This document shows, one piece after another, positions 39,432-52,697 of a DNA stretch of 64,000 nt. Every line of letters begins with the position of its first letter. Position 1 is the first letter of the stretch. This DNA is from Geosiphon pyriformis uo1 (taxonomy: Eukaryota > Fungi > Glomeromycota): assembly GCA_016748015.1 (NCBI GenBank), contig JAAOMT010000322.1:62001-126000 (forward strand). Reading direction: 5' to 3'. The position numbers were made by a program, and so were the translations under genes. Under the pieces are notes generated by a model. The model worked only from the letters and a program-made list of their open reading frames with translations. It made no database searches and was not told the DNA's origin.

Positions 39432-39855
39432 TGTAAAAGAAATAGAATTTTGTTAAAAAAATCATTTTTTGGTCTAGGTTTAGAGTAATTAGTGGTTTTT
39501 ATTGAAATTGGTAGCTAATTAATTTCAAAATATTAGTTGGGTTTTGGAAAATTTTAAGTGATTTTATTTCAAGAATTGGTTTTTAAAATATATTTTTATT
39601 TTGAATTTGTATTTGTAAGATAATTCTAAAAAAGGTAAGATATCTATGATAAGATATATTTTTTCAAAAAAAAAGCTCTTTTTTTATACAATTTGTTATA
39701 GTATTAGTCTATAAACTTGAACTTTTCTTTTTGCTATAATTTCGTTAAATTAAAAATACATTTCAATAAATTACAAGTTATTTTATTAAACTATTAACTA
39801 TTTTGGTAAACTATTTAATATTTCAGCAAATTTTAGCAAATTTTTGAATGTTACA
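39254..39855 (-). mobile_element. Candidate 5' LTR (TG..CA, ~39262-39855) plus primer-binding site of the gag relic
   Basis: On the minus strand it starts TGTAAC at 39855 and ends ..AAACA at 39262, followed by a 2-nt spacer and TGGCAC; no second LTR seen for confirmation. Confidence 0.35.
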
Positions 39856-40149
39856 TAGTTTAAGATATTGTGTAATTTGATTATTCTAATTTTTATTGTA
39901 CAAATCGAGTTATTAATTAAATAGTAATATTTAATTAAATAATAAGTGATAATTGAAATAATATTAATATATACTAATTAATAATAGAAATTATAAAAAT
40001 AATTTGATACTAATTTTACAATTAAAATTTTACTGGTAACAGTATATATATTTTTGCATGAATTTGGGTTAGTTAATGGCCAATAATAAGATTAACATAC
40101 TATACAGCATATTAGTATCATCTAAGGCTCAGAGTTATTATAGTGTTTA

Positions 40150-42010
40150 TATTATCAAAAATTGTGTTTTCTTAATATTGACTTAAATTGGTTTTCATTA
40201 AAAACCATGTTTTCTTAATTTTAGCTTAAGTGGTTTTTATTATTGTCTTGAGCTGAATTTTTAGCCAAAAAAATCAAGAAAAAAGTTTAAGAAAGAGTTA
40301 TACTTACCTTTTTTATATAAATTTACTATTAATTTTATTAATTATAACCTAATTTTTTTTCAACAGCTTTTTGCTATTATCTTTAATAATACTACAAATA
40401 ATGGTACTTTTGTAAGAAAGTTAGTAAAAAAATTAGAAGAGAAAAACATTCAATAGAATTCCAAAAACTTTCAATTTTAATATTTTAATTATATTTTAAA
40501 CTTAGCAATACAAACAGTTTTAAATGAAATAAAGAATAATATTTCCAAAATATTTGTTAAAAACTCAAATTAAATATATTTATCTGAAATTTTCTTAATG
40601 TAAACTTTGTATAAATTAAAGATTAGAAAACTTAACTCTACAATCTGTATCTTGTCTCAATGTTTTAAGCTTCTTGAATATATCTGTAATGTATGTCAAA
40701 TTAAATATCATAAACACATTCTGAATTGTCTTACCTAGTAGAATTCTACTTACAATTTAGTTAGAAATAAGTTATCTTTTAAATTAGCAAGTTATTTATT
40801 TTTGATTCTATATATTTTAAATACAAAAATTTTAATTATAAATTTATAAATATTAAACACTTTTACTAACACTCATATTGACTTTTATTAATATATTATT
40901 TTATCCAATTAGTGGACTGTCTTTAATAAAATTGCTAAATTTTTTGAATTATTTAAAGATATTATGATTAAAATATTAACCAGTTCAAATAATACTGTCT
41001 TTTTGATTATTTTTCTTTTTAATATCATTTTTAATCATATTGAAAACATAGTTAATAATAATAAATTTAATAAAGCATTATAATCTCTATTGTATTTATT
41101 TAGTTATTTATTTAACACATTTAATATTAAATCTATTACTTATTATAGTGGCTAGGACAGTAAAAAAAAGTTAATTAAATATTACTCTAAAACAAATACA
41201 ACTATAATGCTTTGTTTGCATTGAATTCAATGAAAATTTTCAGATGATAATATTAATAAAATAAAAAAATTGTAAATTATTAATTTATTTAAATGGTTTT
41301 ATTTTTCAATTTTTACACAATAAATAAACCTTTAGAATACATACTCTTTTTAAAACAGAATATACACTAGACATTATACCAACATTAAATAACAGTTTTT
41401 TGTTGAATAACAATGTTAATAATATTATAGTATTAGTTACATAATTTATATTAAAGGCAAACTTTAATAATGATAAAAAAAAAACTTAATAAAATTGATT
41501 ATTATATCTCTAAAAAAGTGGCCAATAGAAAAATGTATATAATAATATAATAGAAAGTATATTACAAAAAATATTTATTTAAATTAATATTTTATTAATA
41601 ATTCAATATTTAAGAACATTAAACACAATTTTTTCATCTTATATGTATGACTTATAATTATTTGGCAATTCAAAAATTATCTGTTGCTTTTAAACATGCT
41701 TTTTTTGTGGATAAAAATATAATTACAGATATAAAATTTCACTTAATGCTTAAAACTATAAAAACAGCACAGTGTTTTTAATCATAGATACAGAGATTAC
41801 TGAAAAGAAAATTAAATAATAATATAATATAATATAATGTTTTTAATAGTTAAATCTGTATATGTTTATGAACTTTAAACCAAACTTAAATCAGACTTGT
41901 TGTATGTGTTTGGTTTTGGTTCAAGTTCAGTAATTTTAAGTTTGATTCAAGTTTGAATTCAAAATTTTGTTAAATTTTCTGTTTGAGTTTGGTTTTAATT
42001 CTAAGTCACT
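40150..42010 (+). mobile_element. Degenerate hAT-superfamily DNA transposon (transposase pseudogene)
   Basis: FNNTTNN (~TDNASN, 40381), YFNYILNLAIQ (~CFAHILNLAVQ, 40481), LNCLT**NSTYNL (~LDCPTRWNSTY, 40721), and a hATC dimerisation relic QFFHLICMTYNYLAIQKLSVAFKHAFF..L.LKTIKTAQCF*S*I (41626-41790). Confidence 0.85.
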
Positions 42011-42019
42011 TTTTTTTGA

Positions 42020-45000
42020 TACTTTGCATATTGGTAAAGTTTTTTTTGTCATTCTGAATAATATATCTATTAATGTTTATCTGGTTTTATTGAAATATTT
42101 TTAGAATTTTTGACCAATTAAATGCTTAGTATTGTATGTAAACTAAGCAATATAGATTTGATGTCTTTGGCATCTACCTTTTAATTTTCTATCTCAGCTG
42201 TTTCAATGTGTTTAAACATAGAATTAGATTTAAACATGATCTTAAATAATCCTCTAGTGTTGTCTTTTCTTTTATTTTTAGTTATAAAAAACAAGTTTTT
42301 TAATTTAGGTTTAAATAGTTCGAAGATTTTAACTACTAAGATTGGTGGCTTAAAATCAAAAATAGTTGCTCTTGAAATTTTTATTGGTTCAGTTTTAAAG
42401 AAGTTGAATTAATTGTGTGTTGATTCAAGTTTCTTGGCACATTTTTCATCTTAATAAGTAATTTTGTCAACTATATGTAATATTAAGAACATAAACAATA
42501 TAATTAAACAAAAAGATATAATCAGATGGCACAATAAATTTGGCAATTAGGTTTCTATTATTATTAAAACTAAGCTAAAAAAACAGGCTAGATCTTAGAT
42601 AAAAAATAGATTTCAAGATGTAAAAGTTTTTGTTTCTGGTTTAGATACTGACTACATGAGTGCTAGAATAACAATAATAATAAACAATGCAAGTTTTTAT
42701 GTTGTATTAAGTGACAATTTCAATAAAAATGGTGTAAAACACAATACAAGCTTCAAAAAATGTTTTGATTTGGGTTTGTGCAATTTTTTGATAAATAATT
42801 CAGTTGCTAAGATTATGATATAAAGTAATTTGAAAGACATAAAAAAAACTATTGATTATATTTTAGTCAGTAAACATTTTTTGATGACAATTATTGAACA
42901 TAAAGTTAATAGTGTTTCTGATTTCTTTAATACTGATTATTTGGCTATTGTAATTTCAATTGGCTTGAATGGTTTTCTAGATAAATGCTTAAATGCAATC
43001 TATAAACAAGTTAATAAGTATTAATAGAAATTTGGTATTAAAAATACTAATAATTTAAAATAAACTCAATTTAAAAAATACTTATTAGAACAAATGTTTA
43101 GTATACTTGGCAAGTTTTATATTGTAAAAAAGCAAAGTAATTTGGATGCTATGTAAAAGCTTCTAAAATTGGAAATAGTTGAATTGGCAAACAAAATTTT
43201 CTATAAAGTTTGGTTTAAAAATTCTAGTAATTTTAAAAACAAACAATTTTTAAGATTTTACAGATTGAAAATTTTAGTTTCAAAAATTGTCAAAGTTTTT
43301 TTTTTAAGAAACATTATTAAGTTTGATTGTCTTTAAAAAATTTAGTCAAGATTAAATGTTGACAATTCTCTTAAGCTGTCATTTTTGATCAAAAATTGAA
43401 TAAAAATTGAAAAAATACTCTTTTTTTATTAAAAATCAAGAAAAAATATTATATGTTCAAGTATTAAGAATTTAAAACTATGAAGACAGCTGTAATTAAA
43501 GACACAATTAGTAAAAAAATAGAAGACTTCTATATAAACAAGAGTTATATGATCAGAAGTGTTTTAGAGAAATCTTTTTGAAAAGTGGTTTTGAATTATT
43601 TGGTGATTGGTGAAGATTTGATTTGAAATCTGAAATGATGAAAAACAAGATGAATAAAATAATGGAGAGCTAAATTAGAAAAAAATTGGTGCTTAAAATA
43701 GTACCAAATTTTTGGTTTTGGCAATATATGCTTTTGGATTATGTTAAAAATAGAATATTTTTTGAAATTATGAAACAAATCAGTTTAGATAAGTTGATTA
43801 TAATTGTAGAAGATTTTACTTGATAACAAAACTGTTGGCTTATCTGGTATTTTAAATAAATTGTAAAAGCATTATGGTTTTAATGTTATGGTTTGTTTCT
43901 TAGTTTTATTAAATTGTTATTTAGATGTTGATACAGTTTTTACTTTATAGAAAAGAGCTTGGATTTTTATAATTTCAAAGTTCTATAATTGGAATAGTAT
44001 ACTAATTAATACTATGCTAATTAAGACTGCCAAAAAAATTTTGTTAAAAATACTTTCAGACTGGATCTTTTTTGTAAAAATAATTTTTTAGTGTTAAAGA
44101 GTATATTAACTTGGTCTTTAGTATTTACAATTGGCTTGGTTGTAGAAAATGCTTTAAAAAAAAATAAAAAGCTGTAATTGGTTTTGCAAAACATACATAA
44201 AGCATATGATTTAGTTGGCTGATATTATTTGAGAAACAGATTAAGATATATTAAAATATATAAACAATTTAATTATTTTTTTGGTAGTATATACTAAAAC
44301 AAAATTAACAGAATTATAACTGACTTTAGTCTGTTAAATAATTATTGTATACATAATAGACTAGATTAAAGTGAAGTTTTTTCATCTTTTTTTTAAAGAA
44401 TTTTTTATAACTTCTTTTTATGTAAAATTAAGAGACATAAACATTTATGTAATTATTATATTAATACAAAATTTGTAGTCAAAACAGACAGACTAAAAAA
44501 CACAAAAGAAAAAACTTTTTTTCTTACAGCTAGTATTTTTGTTGATAATACAATTTAGGTAAAAAATAGCCAAATTTCAATTCAATATATTTTAAACATT
44601 ATTAGTGAATTTTTTGATATCAACAATATTTTAATTAATAATAACAAAACAGTGGTCATTTCTATTAACCAAATGATTAAATATGTTTTTTTAATTATTA
44701 ATGAGAATTTTATATTAATTGCAAAAAAAGTAAGTTATATTATTATTTAGAAATTTTTTTTTTATTAATAGTTTATTTAAACTTAGTTTGGCCAAAGCTT
44801 ATTCAGATATTAGATTTTTTATAAACATAGTTTTAAAAAAAATGATCTTAAATAAACAATTTTGTTATTTGGTTTCTGCTGTTTTATAACTAATTATATA
44901 TTATTATATGTAGTTTAATTTTATTTTAGTTAATGTTTGCTGCAAATCAGATTTTTTAATTAAAAAAAATTTAAGATTAAAAGCTGAATTGCTTAAAAAT

Positions 45001-45900
45001 TTTTTTAATAAAGCATTATATCATCTACTGCTGTACAATCTAAAGTCTTTTGAACAATTGCAAGTTAAAAATAAAGTGACTTTAACAGTTTTGTTTGCTA
45101 ATTTTGAGAGAATTCTTAGCAAACTCTTTGATTATTGGTTTTTAGATTTGCAAATTTTGGGCTGGACTTCAACTAATTTTCTGTAATATTTTATTAAATT
45201 AAAGATCAGTTTTATAAACAATTTTTTTACTAAAGTAATACAAATATTTTTAAATAATAAAATCTCATTAATAAATAACTTACTACAAGTTTTTTACAGT
45301 TTAGGCAAGTTTTTAATATCTGATATCTTGAAAAAAAAACCTACTATAGAATAATAGTTTTTTTAAAGCATTATAGTATTGCTTTTGGTAATAGATTTTT
45401 AGATAAACATGGTGTTTTAATAACTTGAAAGATTTTTTGCCATTGAAAAAGACTGGATTTAAGAAGTTCTATTCTGTTTTGGTTTGCTATAGCATTTGGT
45501 TTTTTGGATAGTTTAAAATTTAATATTGAGAATAAGGTAAATGTTTCAAATTTAGTTTTTTATAATGTCTTGAATTTAGATAATTTTGGATTAATCAAAA
45601 ATTTTTTACATGAAGTTTGGGCCAATACTTTTAATGTTTACACTAATAGCCCATTCAAGAAATTGAGTGTATCAAAGATGACAGGTAAAACAGCTGTCTA
45701 CTTTTTAAATATAAATATAAGTATTGGTATTAGAATTTTCAGTATAGTGTTTTTTATGATGACTGAACTATATGTTGTTATTTTGGCTTTAGAATATATG
45801 CTTTTTTATCGTACTGTAATTTTGCATTTGGACAATTAGGCAGCTATTAATGCGTATTTAGTTAGAATTACTTAGGTTAATTTTGTATGCTAGATAACAA
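42020..45900 (+). mobile_element. Degenerate non-LTR retrotransposon (LINE-like): ORF1 tail, APE endonuclease, reverse transcriptase, RNase H
   Basis: EN: TICNIKNINN..IIRWH, KTKL, DNFN, TIDYILVS..NTDY. RT: KTVGLSGI.NKL*KH, LQNIHKAYDLV (~44183), D*SEVFS, FVDN (44538, YADD equivalent). RNase H: VYTNS, TELYVVILALE, LDN*AAI. Confidence 0.87.
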
Positions 45901-46915
45901 TTGGACTGTATTCATTAAAAAAATAAAAAATAAAAAATTTAATTAAAAAAAACTTTTAGTTAAAAACTGTTTTATTTTAAAATTATTTAGAAAAATACTT
46001 TTATATTAATTTATTTAGTTAAAAAAACTTTTTAAAAATATTTCAATATTGTATTTTATAATATTTTAAATGTAATTTTTTTTAAATAATATTTATTTTG
46101 GATATTTTATTTTTAAAATTGGTTGTTAATTTAATTATTAACTAATTATTAATTAAACTATTAATCTAATTATTAAATTATTTTTATTATTTTTATATTT
46201 AATTTTCTTTTAATCTATAATAATTGAAAATAAATAAAATATGTCATTAAATTCTAAAAGTGCTAATTGAAATATAAAATTATAGCTGTGTTATTTTTTT
46301 GTTAATAGTTATAAACTATTTTTCTATCTTCAAATTTTTTTAAAAAGATTAATAACTGCAATTTCATAAGACTAATTCCAAGAGGAAGGGTGGAGAAAGG
46401 AAGTAGTAATAAAATTTATAAAAACATCTTTGCAGGATAGTAATAAATTTTTTAAAAATGTACATTTAAATATAATTTATATAGAAATAGTAATATTCTA
46501 CTCATTGTTCGATAAATTAGAGGTTGCTTGGGTAATATCTTAAATAATCTATATTTGCAACCTTGAATTAAGTTAAACGAGTAAACGATAAAATATCAAA
46601 CTCAGAAATAATATTCTATAGGTTTGAAATAGATCTAATAAACTTATAATTTATGATTTAAAATATAATAAAGGTATCTAGGATTCATCCGTTAAATAAT
46701 TAAAAGAATAAGTATGAAAAATGAATATGACTGATCAGATTTATTAAGTATCATCTAAAGATAATAGATAGTAAAAATAATGTAGTGCTAAACAAGAGTA
46801 TAAATTTTATTAATGGTTAATAATGGATGTAATTTCTTACCTTTAGGGAGAAAGACAAATTATTTTAAAATAGTAAAGTAAATTAAGATAAAATTAATTT
46901 TTTATATACTGCATA

Positions 46916-47865
46916 TTAAATCAAAGAATTAATCAATACTAAATTAGAGAAAATAACCCTAGAAAAATCAACCATCTGTGCAGTTAAAAGACCTGTTATA
47001 AACTGCTCCTGGATGAATTGCTGTTGTTTGTTGTCAAGTAATTTGTTGTGATGTTGTTCTTCTAGATATTTATCTGATTCCATAAACTCGGACCTACAAG
47101 AAGAACGAAGTTCCCTTAACTTATCCCAAACTTCAACCGCAGTAGGACGATTCTTAGGATTAACATCCCAACACTTTTTAATGAGTTCAGCGTAACAAGG
47201 AGGAATAAGTGGGGAGGTAATTTTAGGTCTTTGAACATTTAAAGTAGCCATTATAGGAATATGATCATTAGAACGATTATGAAAAGGAGGCTTTCCTGTT
47301 ACTAATTCCCATAATAACATAGAAAAACTATAAATCTCAACCTTTTCTGTAAACTTTTCTCCTCTTAAAACTTCTGGTGGAATGTATGGAATCACTCCAT
47401 ATATCTTTTTCTTTTCTGTTGCTGTCTCTGTTATTATTGCTTCATTGTTTGAATTTGTTTCCTTGTTTACTGGTTGACATAATCCGAGGTCTCCAATTTT
47501 TAGATAATTATTCCTTAATAGCAGGATGTTGCACGGGTGTAGGTCATGATGAACCATATCAGAAGAATGAATTTCTTCAAGTCCTGAAGCTATACTCCAC
47601 GTGATATATAATTTATCTTTACAACTCGTAGAATGAAAATTTGTTGATAAATATTTTCGTATGTCACCATGTTTGGTAAACTCCATCACAATTCCATAAT
47701 CAAGTGTTTCAGAGTTTTGCGTAATACCCAATATTGGAGAGATATATTCTAAATTCCCACTCTTAATAAACACAGCTCTTCGAATATTTAACTATCTATA
47801 GTAAATAGATGATATAGAGTAAATAAATAATAGTTAAATATGAATTAAATATAAACATAAGTTTA

Positions 47866-47944
<79 letters not shown>

Positions 47945-48448
47945 TTTTGTTTACCTCTTTAAACACTTCTGAAATGTTAGTTATGATAATTTTTATTGCT
48001 ACTTCATCAATCTTTTTTCTAAACCCCTCAGTTCTTCCTCTTTTATATTTCATTGAACGATTACATCATATACTTCTCAGATCAATTAATCAATCAATTA
48101 GGGTTGCTTTATAAATTATACCGAACCATCCTCTAGCAATTTCGTTTATATTCGACAAATGCTCCCATGGAATCCATTGATAGTAATTCAAATCACCCTC
48201 ATAAAAATTATTGATATTATGTGAAATAAAAATTGGATTCTTAATTATTTCATCAACTACTTTATTGCGGCTTGAAAGTTGCAATAAAGTTTTTCAAAAA
48301 ATATAAAGTGACATGTCGCACACTCATTATCACTATTGTTTTAAATGCTCTCTTGACAGTAAGAACACAGGCTGCAATCATGAGCATATGGACGATTTCT
48401 TATAACGTAAGCTTCAGGGCATGTTTTTTTAGTTTGAAGATTCCCCAT
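46916..48448 (-). pseudogene. Tyrosine-kinase-like (TKL) protein kinase pseudogene of the Glomeromycotina-expanded type, with a Cys-rich N-terminus
   Basis: MGNLQTKK..CSLCSYC..CATC, WIPWEHLSNINEIARGWFG, VAIK, HHDLHPCNILL, IGDLGLC, YIPPEVL, CWDVNPKNRPT; in-frame TAA/TGA stops and a frameshift in exon 1. Confidence 0.85.
47867..47944. repeat. (AAT)n microsatellite in the kinase intron
   Basis: Direct reading; explains the poly-Leu stretch in ORF 47796..48053. Confidence 0.97.
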
Positions 48449-48729
48449 AGTGAATAAAAATGTGTATAGGTTATTATTTAAAGAGAGTTTTTTTAAAGCT
48501 TTATTTGATAATTGATGGTATGTTTAGAAAGTAATTTTAAATGAGGGGAGTTCTTATTTATGTTACTTCTCTATATTCTCATAGCTTAACAAATCAATTA
48601 ATAGAATCATTCATTCATTCCTTAATCTTAAAAAATATCGCTACAAATCATACTGAAGAAATTTAAGTAAGCTGTAGTACACAAATGCATTTTCTTATTA
48701 TCTAAACGAGTATTTCAATTTAATCGTAG

Positions 48730-48756
48730 AACAACAACAACAACAACAACAACAAC
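48730..48756. repeat. (AAC)n microsatellite
   Basis: Direct reading. Confidence 0.9.
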
Positions 48757-51700
48757 GATTTAGGCTTCGTGTGAAACATGAAAAATGGTGTATAAATATT
48801 GCTCATATAACATTTATTAATTAATTAATTGTGTTTACCTTTTTTTAAAATTTTGAAAAAGAGCATAATTATAAATATACATTTAAATAACCTATTACTT
48901 ACATAATAGAACTCGAAATTTAAATAATAAATATTTTATGAATATAATAATATAATAATTTTTTTGTTATTATAGTTTTCTTAAAAAGAATATCAAATAA
49001 GGTTCAATTTGGTCAAGGTTAAACTGCTACAATTAATTTCTCATAGTAAATTATATATTATTAATCAAGAATATTGAAAATCATCTTAATATATTAATTT
49101 TCTAATCATACTGTTTATTATTTTTAGAATTAATATTCAATAATGAAATTAAAAGTTTATAAAGCTTTTGAATCCTAAAATATTTTAATACTGCATCAAC
49201 AAGAATAATAGCTATTACTTAAATTGGTTTTTTTTAGATGTTTTTGTTGATTAAAAATTTAAAATAATTAAAAAAGTTTGTGAACTTAAGGAATTCAACG
49301 AAGAGTTTCTTTAAGCATCGCATATATGGAAGTGAGTTAAACTCAGACATGTTCACATCTAGCTATTTTTATCTAATTCGTCGTGCGCTTTCTGCTGAAA
49401 CTCTGGATGATTGACTAAAATTGCAATAACCTAAATATATAGTAAGTGCAATACCTTCCTAAAGATTTATCCAAATATTATAAGCAATTATTCTTTAATT
49501 AAAACCTTCATTCAATCTCTGCAAAAGATCTCAAAAAATATGTGGTTTCTTTCCATATTATTCTCTACTCTATTCAATACAGGTTAGAATAAGATTCAAT
49601 TTTTTATTGATTAAGAAACTATAACCTATCAAATTAAGGATTAAAAGATTACATTTTAAGTTGTAGAATTTCAAAAGGATTTTTTTTAAAGTAATCGCCT
49701 ACCTAATTTCTTCACTTTTCGATACTACTCCTTAATGAGCGAATCAAATAAACTCCTATCTCGTGTGAAAGATTTTATGTAAATTTTCGATTTTTGAGTG
49801 AATCGTAAAGTTTTATATTTTATTTGATTTCTAGACGAATCTCATACAATCAATAAAGTTTATAGTTCCATTTTTTAATAATATCTTAATAATTTGAGGA
49901 CTATTTAAAAATATAAAGCACCGATATAAATTGTAAAGGTATCACCTAAATTAGCGAAACTGCATTAAATTTTTTTTTAATAAATAACCAATTCACAGCA
50001 AATATAAAATTACTTTTTATGCATATCCCGAATTATTAAAGAGATAGGTCTTAAAATAAAAAAGAAAATTCCACTCAAATCTTCGAATATCATAGGGTTT
50101 GCTAATAATATTGAGAAGATGCAAAATTTCGGAAACTTATGAATAATAAGAATCCGGCCTGGTGCTTTAAGTAATCCTTTCACGCTATGAATTTTTGCTT
50201 TCAAGAATTTCGTTTTGCAAGATAGAGTGAGATAAGATGGACGATAATATAAGGAGAGCCATTTAATTAAGGTTTATAAAATTCCTTAGAAAATGTTATA
50301 TATATATATATATATAATACCTTGGTTAATTCAGAGATTAAAAGTAATATAATTAGTTAAAGGTGTAAAAAGATGTGAAAGATTTAATTAGTTTCATTCG
50401 CCTCAATATTTACCTTTGTAAACTAACATAATTAGTTAAAGTCGTTTCATTCACTAAAATATTTAGAATTATAAATTTCATTAACTTGCTCAAATAATTG
50501 ACTAAACTATATTTTATTTTTCGTCAGCGAATTTTTAAAGTCCATGAAGTTATTATATTCGAAAAAATTACCAACTGTATTTTAGGTATTTCTTCTTACA
50601 TAGAGTGAATTGATATTAAAGGTTTATTCGAGTAATAATGTATTCGTTAAATCTTTATATGCAGTAACTTCATTTTATAAAAATTTTGATAATTTTTTCA
50701 TTAATAATGATAAAATATTTAGTTTTTTTAAATTAAATGAGCAAAGATTATTTAAAATTAGCCATTTTATTTTTATCCATCATATATAGAAAAAATTCTA
50801 AGCAATTTATTTTAAACAAAAAAAAACCAGTGTTGAATTAAGCTCATATTTAGATAGTTTGACTATTTCAAAAAAGGAATATGATTAAAAAATCTTATCT
50901 AATAAAATAATGTGTCATCTTTTTCTATATAATACACTCGGAGATGGAAGAGAATTAATGGTTACTTTATTATATAATTTTAGATTATAGTCAATATTGA
51001 ATATTTTACCTTCCTAGATGCATTGTCAATTAATTATTTACCACCAGTACTTAAATAAAATTTTTTATAAATGAATGAAATTTTAACAAATTCTAGATTA
51101 TCTTTGCTAATTTTTTTTAAGTGGGCCAGCCTATGTTAAACCATATTAATCCATTTGATTAATTTCGCTTTAAGCCTTTTGTGAATAATAGGGAATTATT
51201 TCGATTTAAAATTATATTTATTCGTAAGTTTCATTAAAATTTTCATTTAAGACTCATTCGTTGAAAAACAATGGCAAGATAAAAGTAATTAAAATCCAAA
51301 TATCTAAGCATTGAAAAATAAAAATAAATAAAGAGATAAGATAATGCAACCCAAAACAAAACAAAACAAAACAAAATGGAATGGAATTTTTGTATTATCT
51401 ACAGTAAAACTATAACTCGTATTTTCAAATATTCTATATCTAGACTTTATATATGTATTCTATAGCTCTTTAAGTCTGCATATTCCTCTTATGTTTAGCA
51501 GGGTTCAGGCTGCTGAGTAGCGTCAGACCACGTTAAACAAAAAGGAAATTAATTTAGAAAGACACATCAAAGAAAATTGATATATAAAAGGGTTAAAGCA
51601 ACACACGCCTAGCTAAATAATATAAAAATATGAAAAATTCTTGTAAGGATCCTCCAGTTTCTCAAAGATCTTTTCTTAGGAGGCTTAAAGTCTAATAGAG

Positions 51701-52697
51701 AAAATACTCCGAATGATTTAGTAGCTATGTATTGAACAATTACTTGTATCTCTTTGAAAAACCCATATCTAGAGAAAAATTTTAAAATTAATTAATATTT
51801 ATCCAAAAATATTAGTGAATGTGAAAAGTAAAATTATATTTTGAATATATAAACCAAGACTGTGATTTCAACCTGTGAAACTAATTACTGTTAATCGAGA
51901 GCTGATTTTTCTGCTATTGATAATTTATTATTTAAAAATAAAAAATTTGGTTTGATTATTTGAATTGATACCAAGGTAAATTGGTGCAAGTTATGTGAAA
52001 AGAGAATACTCAACCTTTAAGAAAAAAGAATTGAAGGTTATCTTAAAAAATACTACTGGTCTGGTCGCTGGTATAGAAGTATATGACCCTGAAAAAATTT
52101 TTTGACACTAATAATAAAATTGTATCAAATTTTTGGGAATCTAATTGAAATTACTATTATTACAATAATATTAATAATGCTATATTTATAGAAAAAGTAG
52201 AAAAATTTCAGGAATTAACTATTATAAAACGGAAAAATGAGATTTTAAGCAAAAAATGGAATGCCTCTGGGAATTTCAATAAAAAAGAAAATAACTTGAT
52301 ATTAAAAAACATGGTTTAATGGAAAATTTTTACTCTTCTATTAAATATTTATTAAAATCATTTGTTTATATCATTGTACAGTAAAAAACTAAAGCACCAT
52401 CTAATAATTTTAATTAGCGGAGAAACTTAGGTATATATTTAAAAGTTTTATTTCTAATGCTATTCAGCTAAAGAGCAGTTTATAGCTTAACTTGTAATAA
52501 AACCTATACTTTAGAAATTAATAGTTGTTTAATAAAAAGTCTTTTTTTAAAGTTCTTTGATGTTTTAAATAAATAAATGTTATTCTTTTAACTTTATTGT
52601 TGAACTTAAAATGGTAGGCTATAAAATATTTCGCTAGTAAAAGTTTCTAAGATAGACAGCCCAACCTTCAAAAGTATAAAATTTAATTAAAGCAAAT

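Noticed and set aside
36400-46200. Canonical CpA RIP, or organellar/endosymbiont (Mollicutes-like) DNA insertion, as the cause of AT richness
   Set aside because: CpA/TpG is retained, and the recognisable motifs are eukaryotic TE proteins with in-frame stops, not bacterial or mitochondrial genes.
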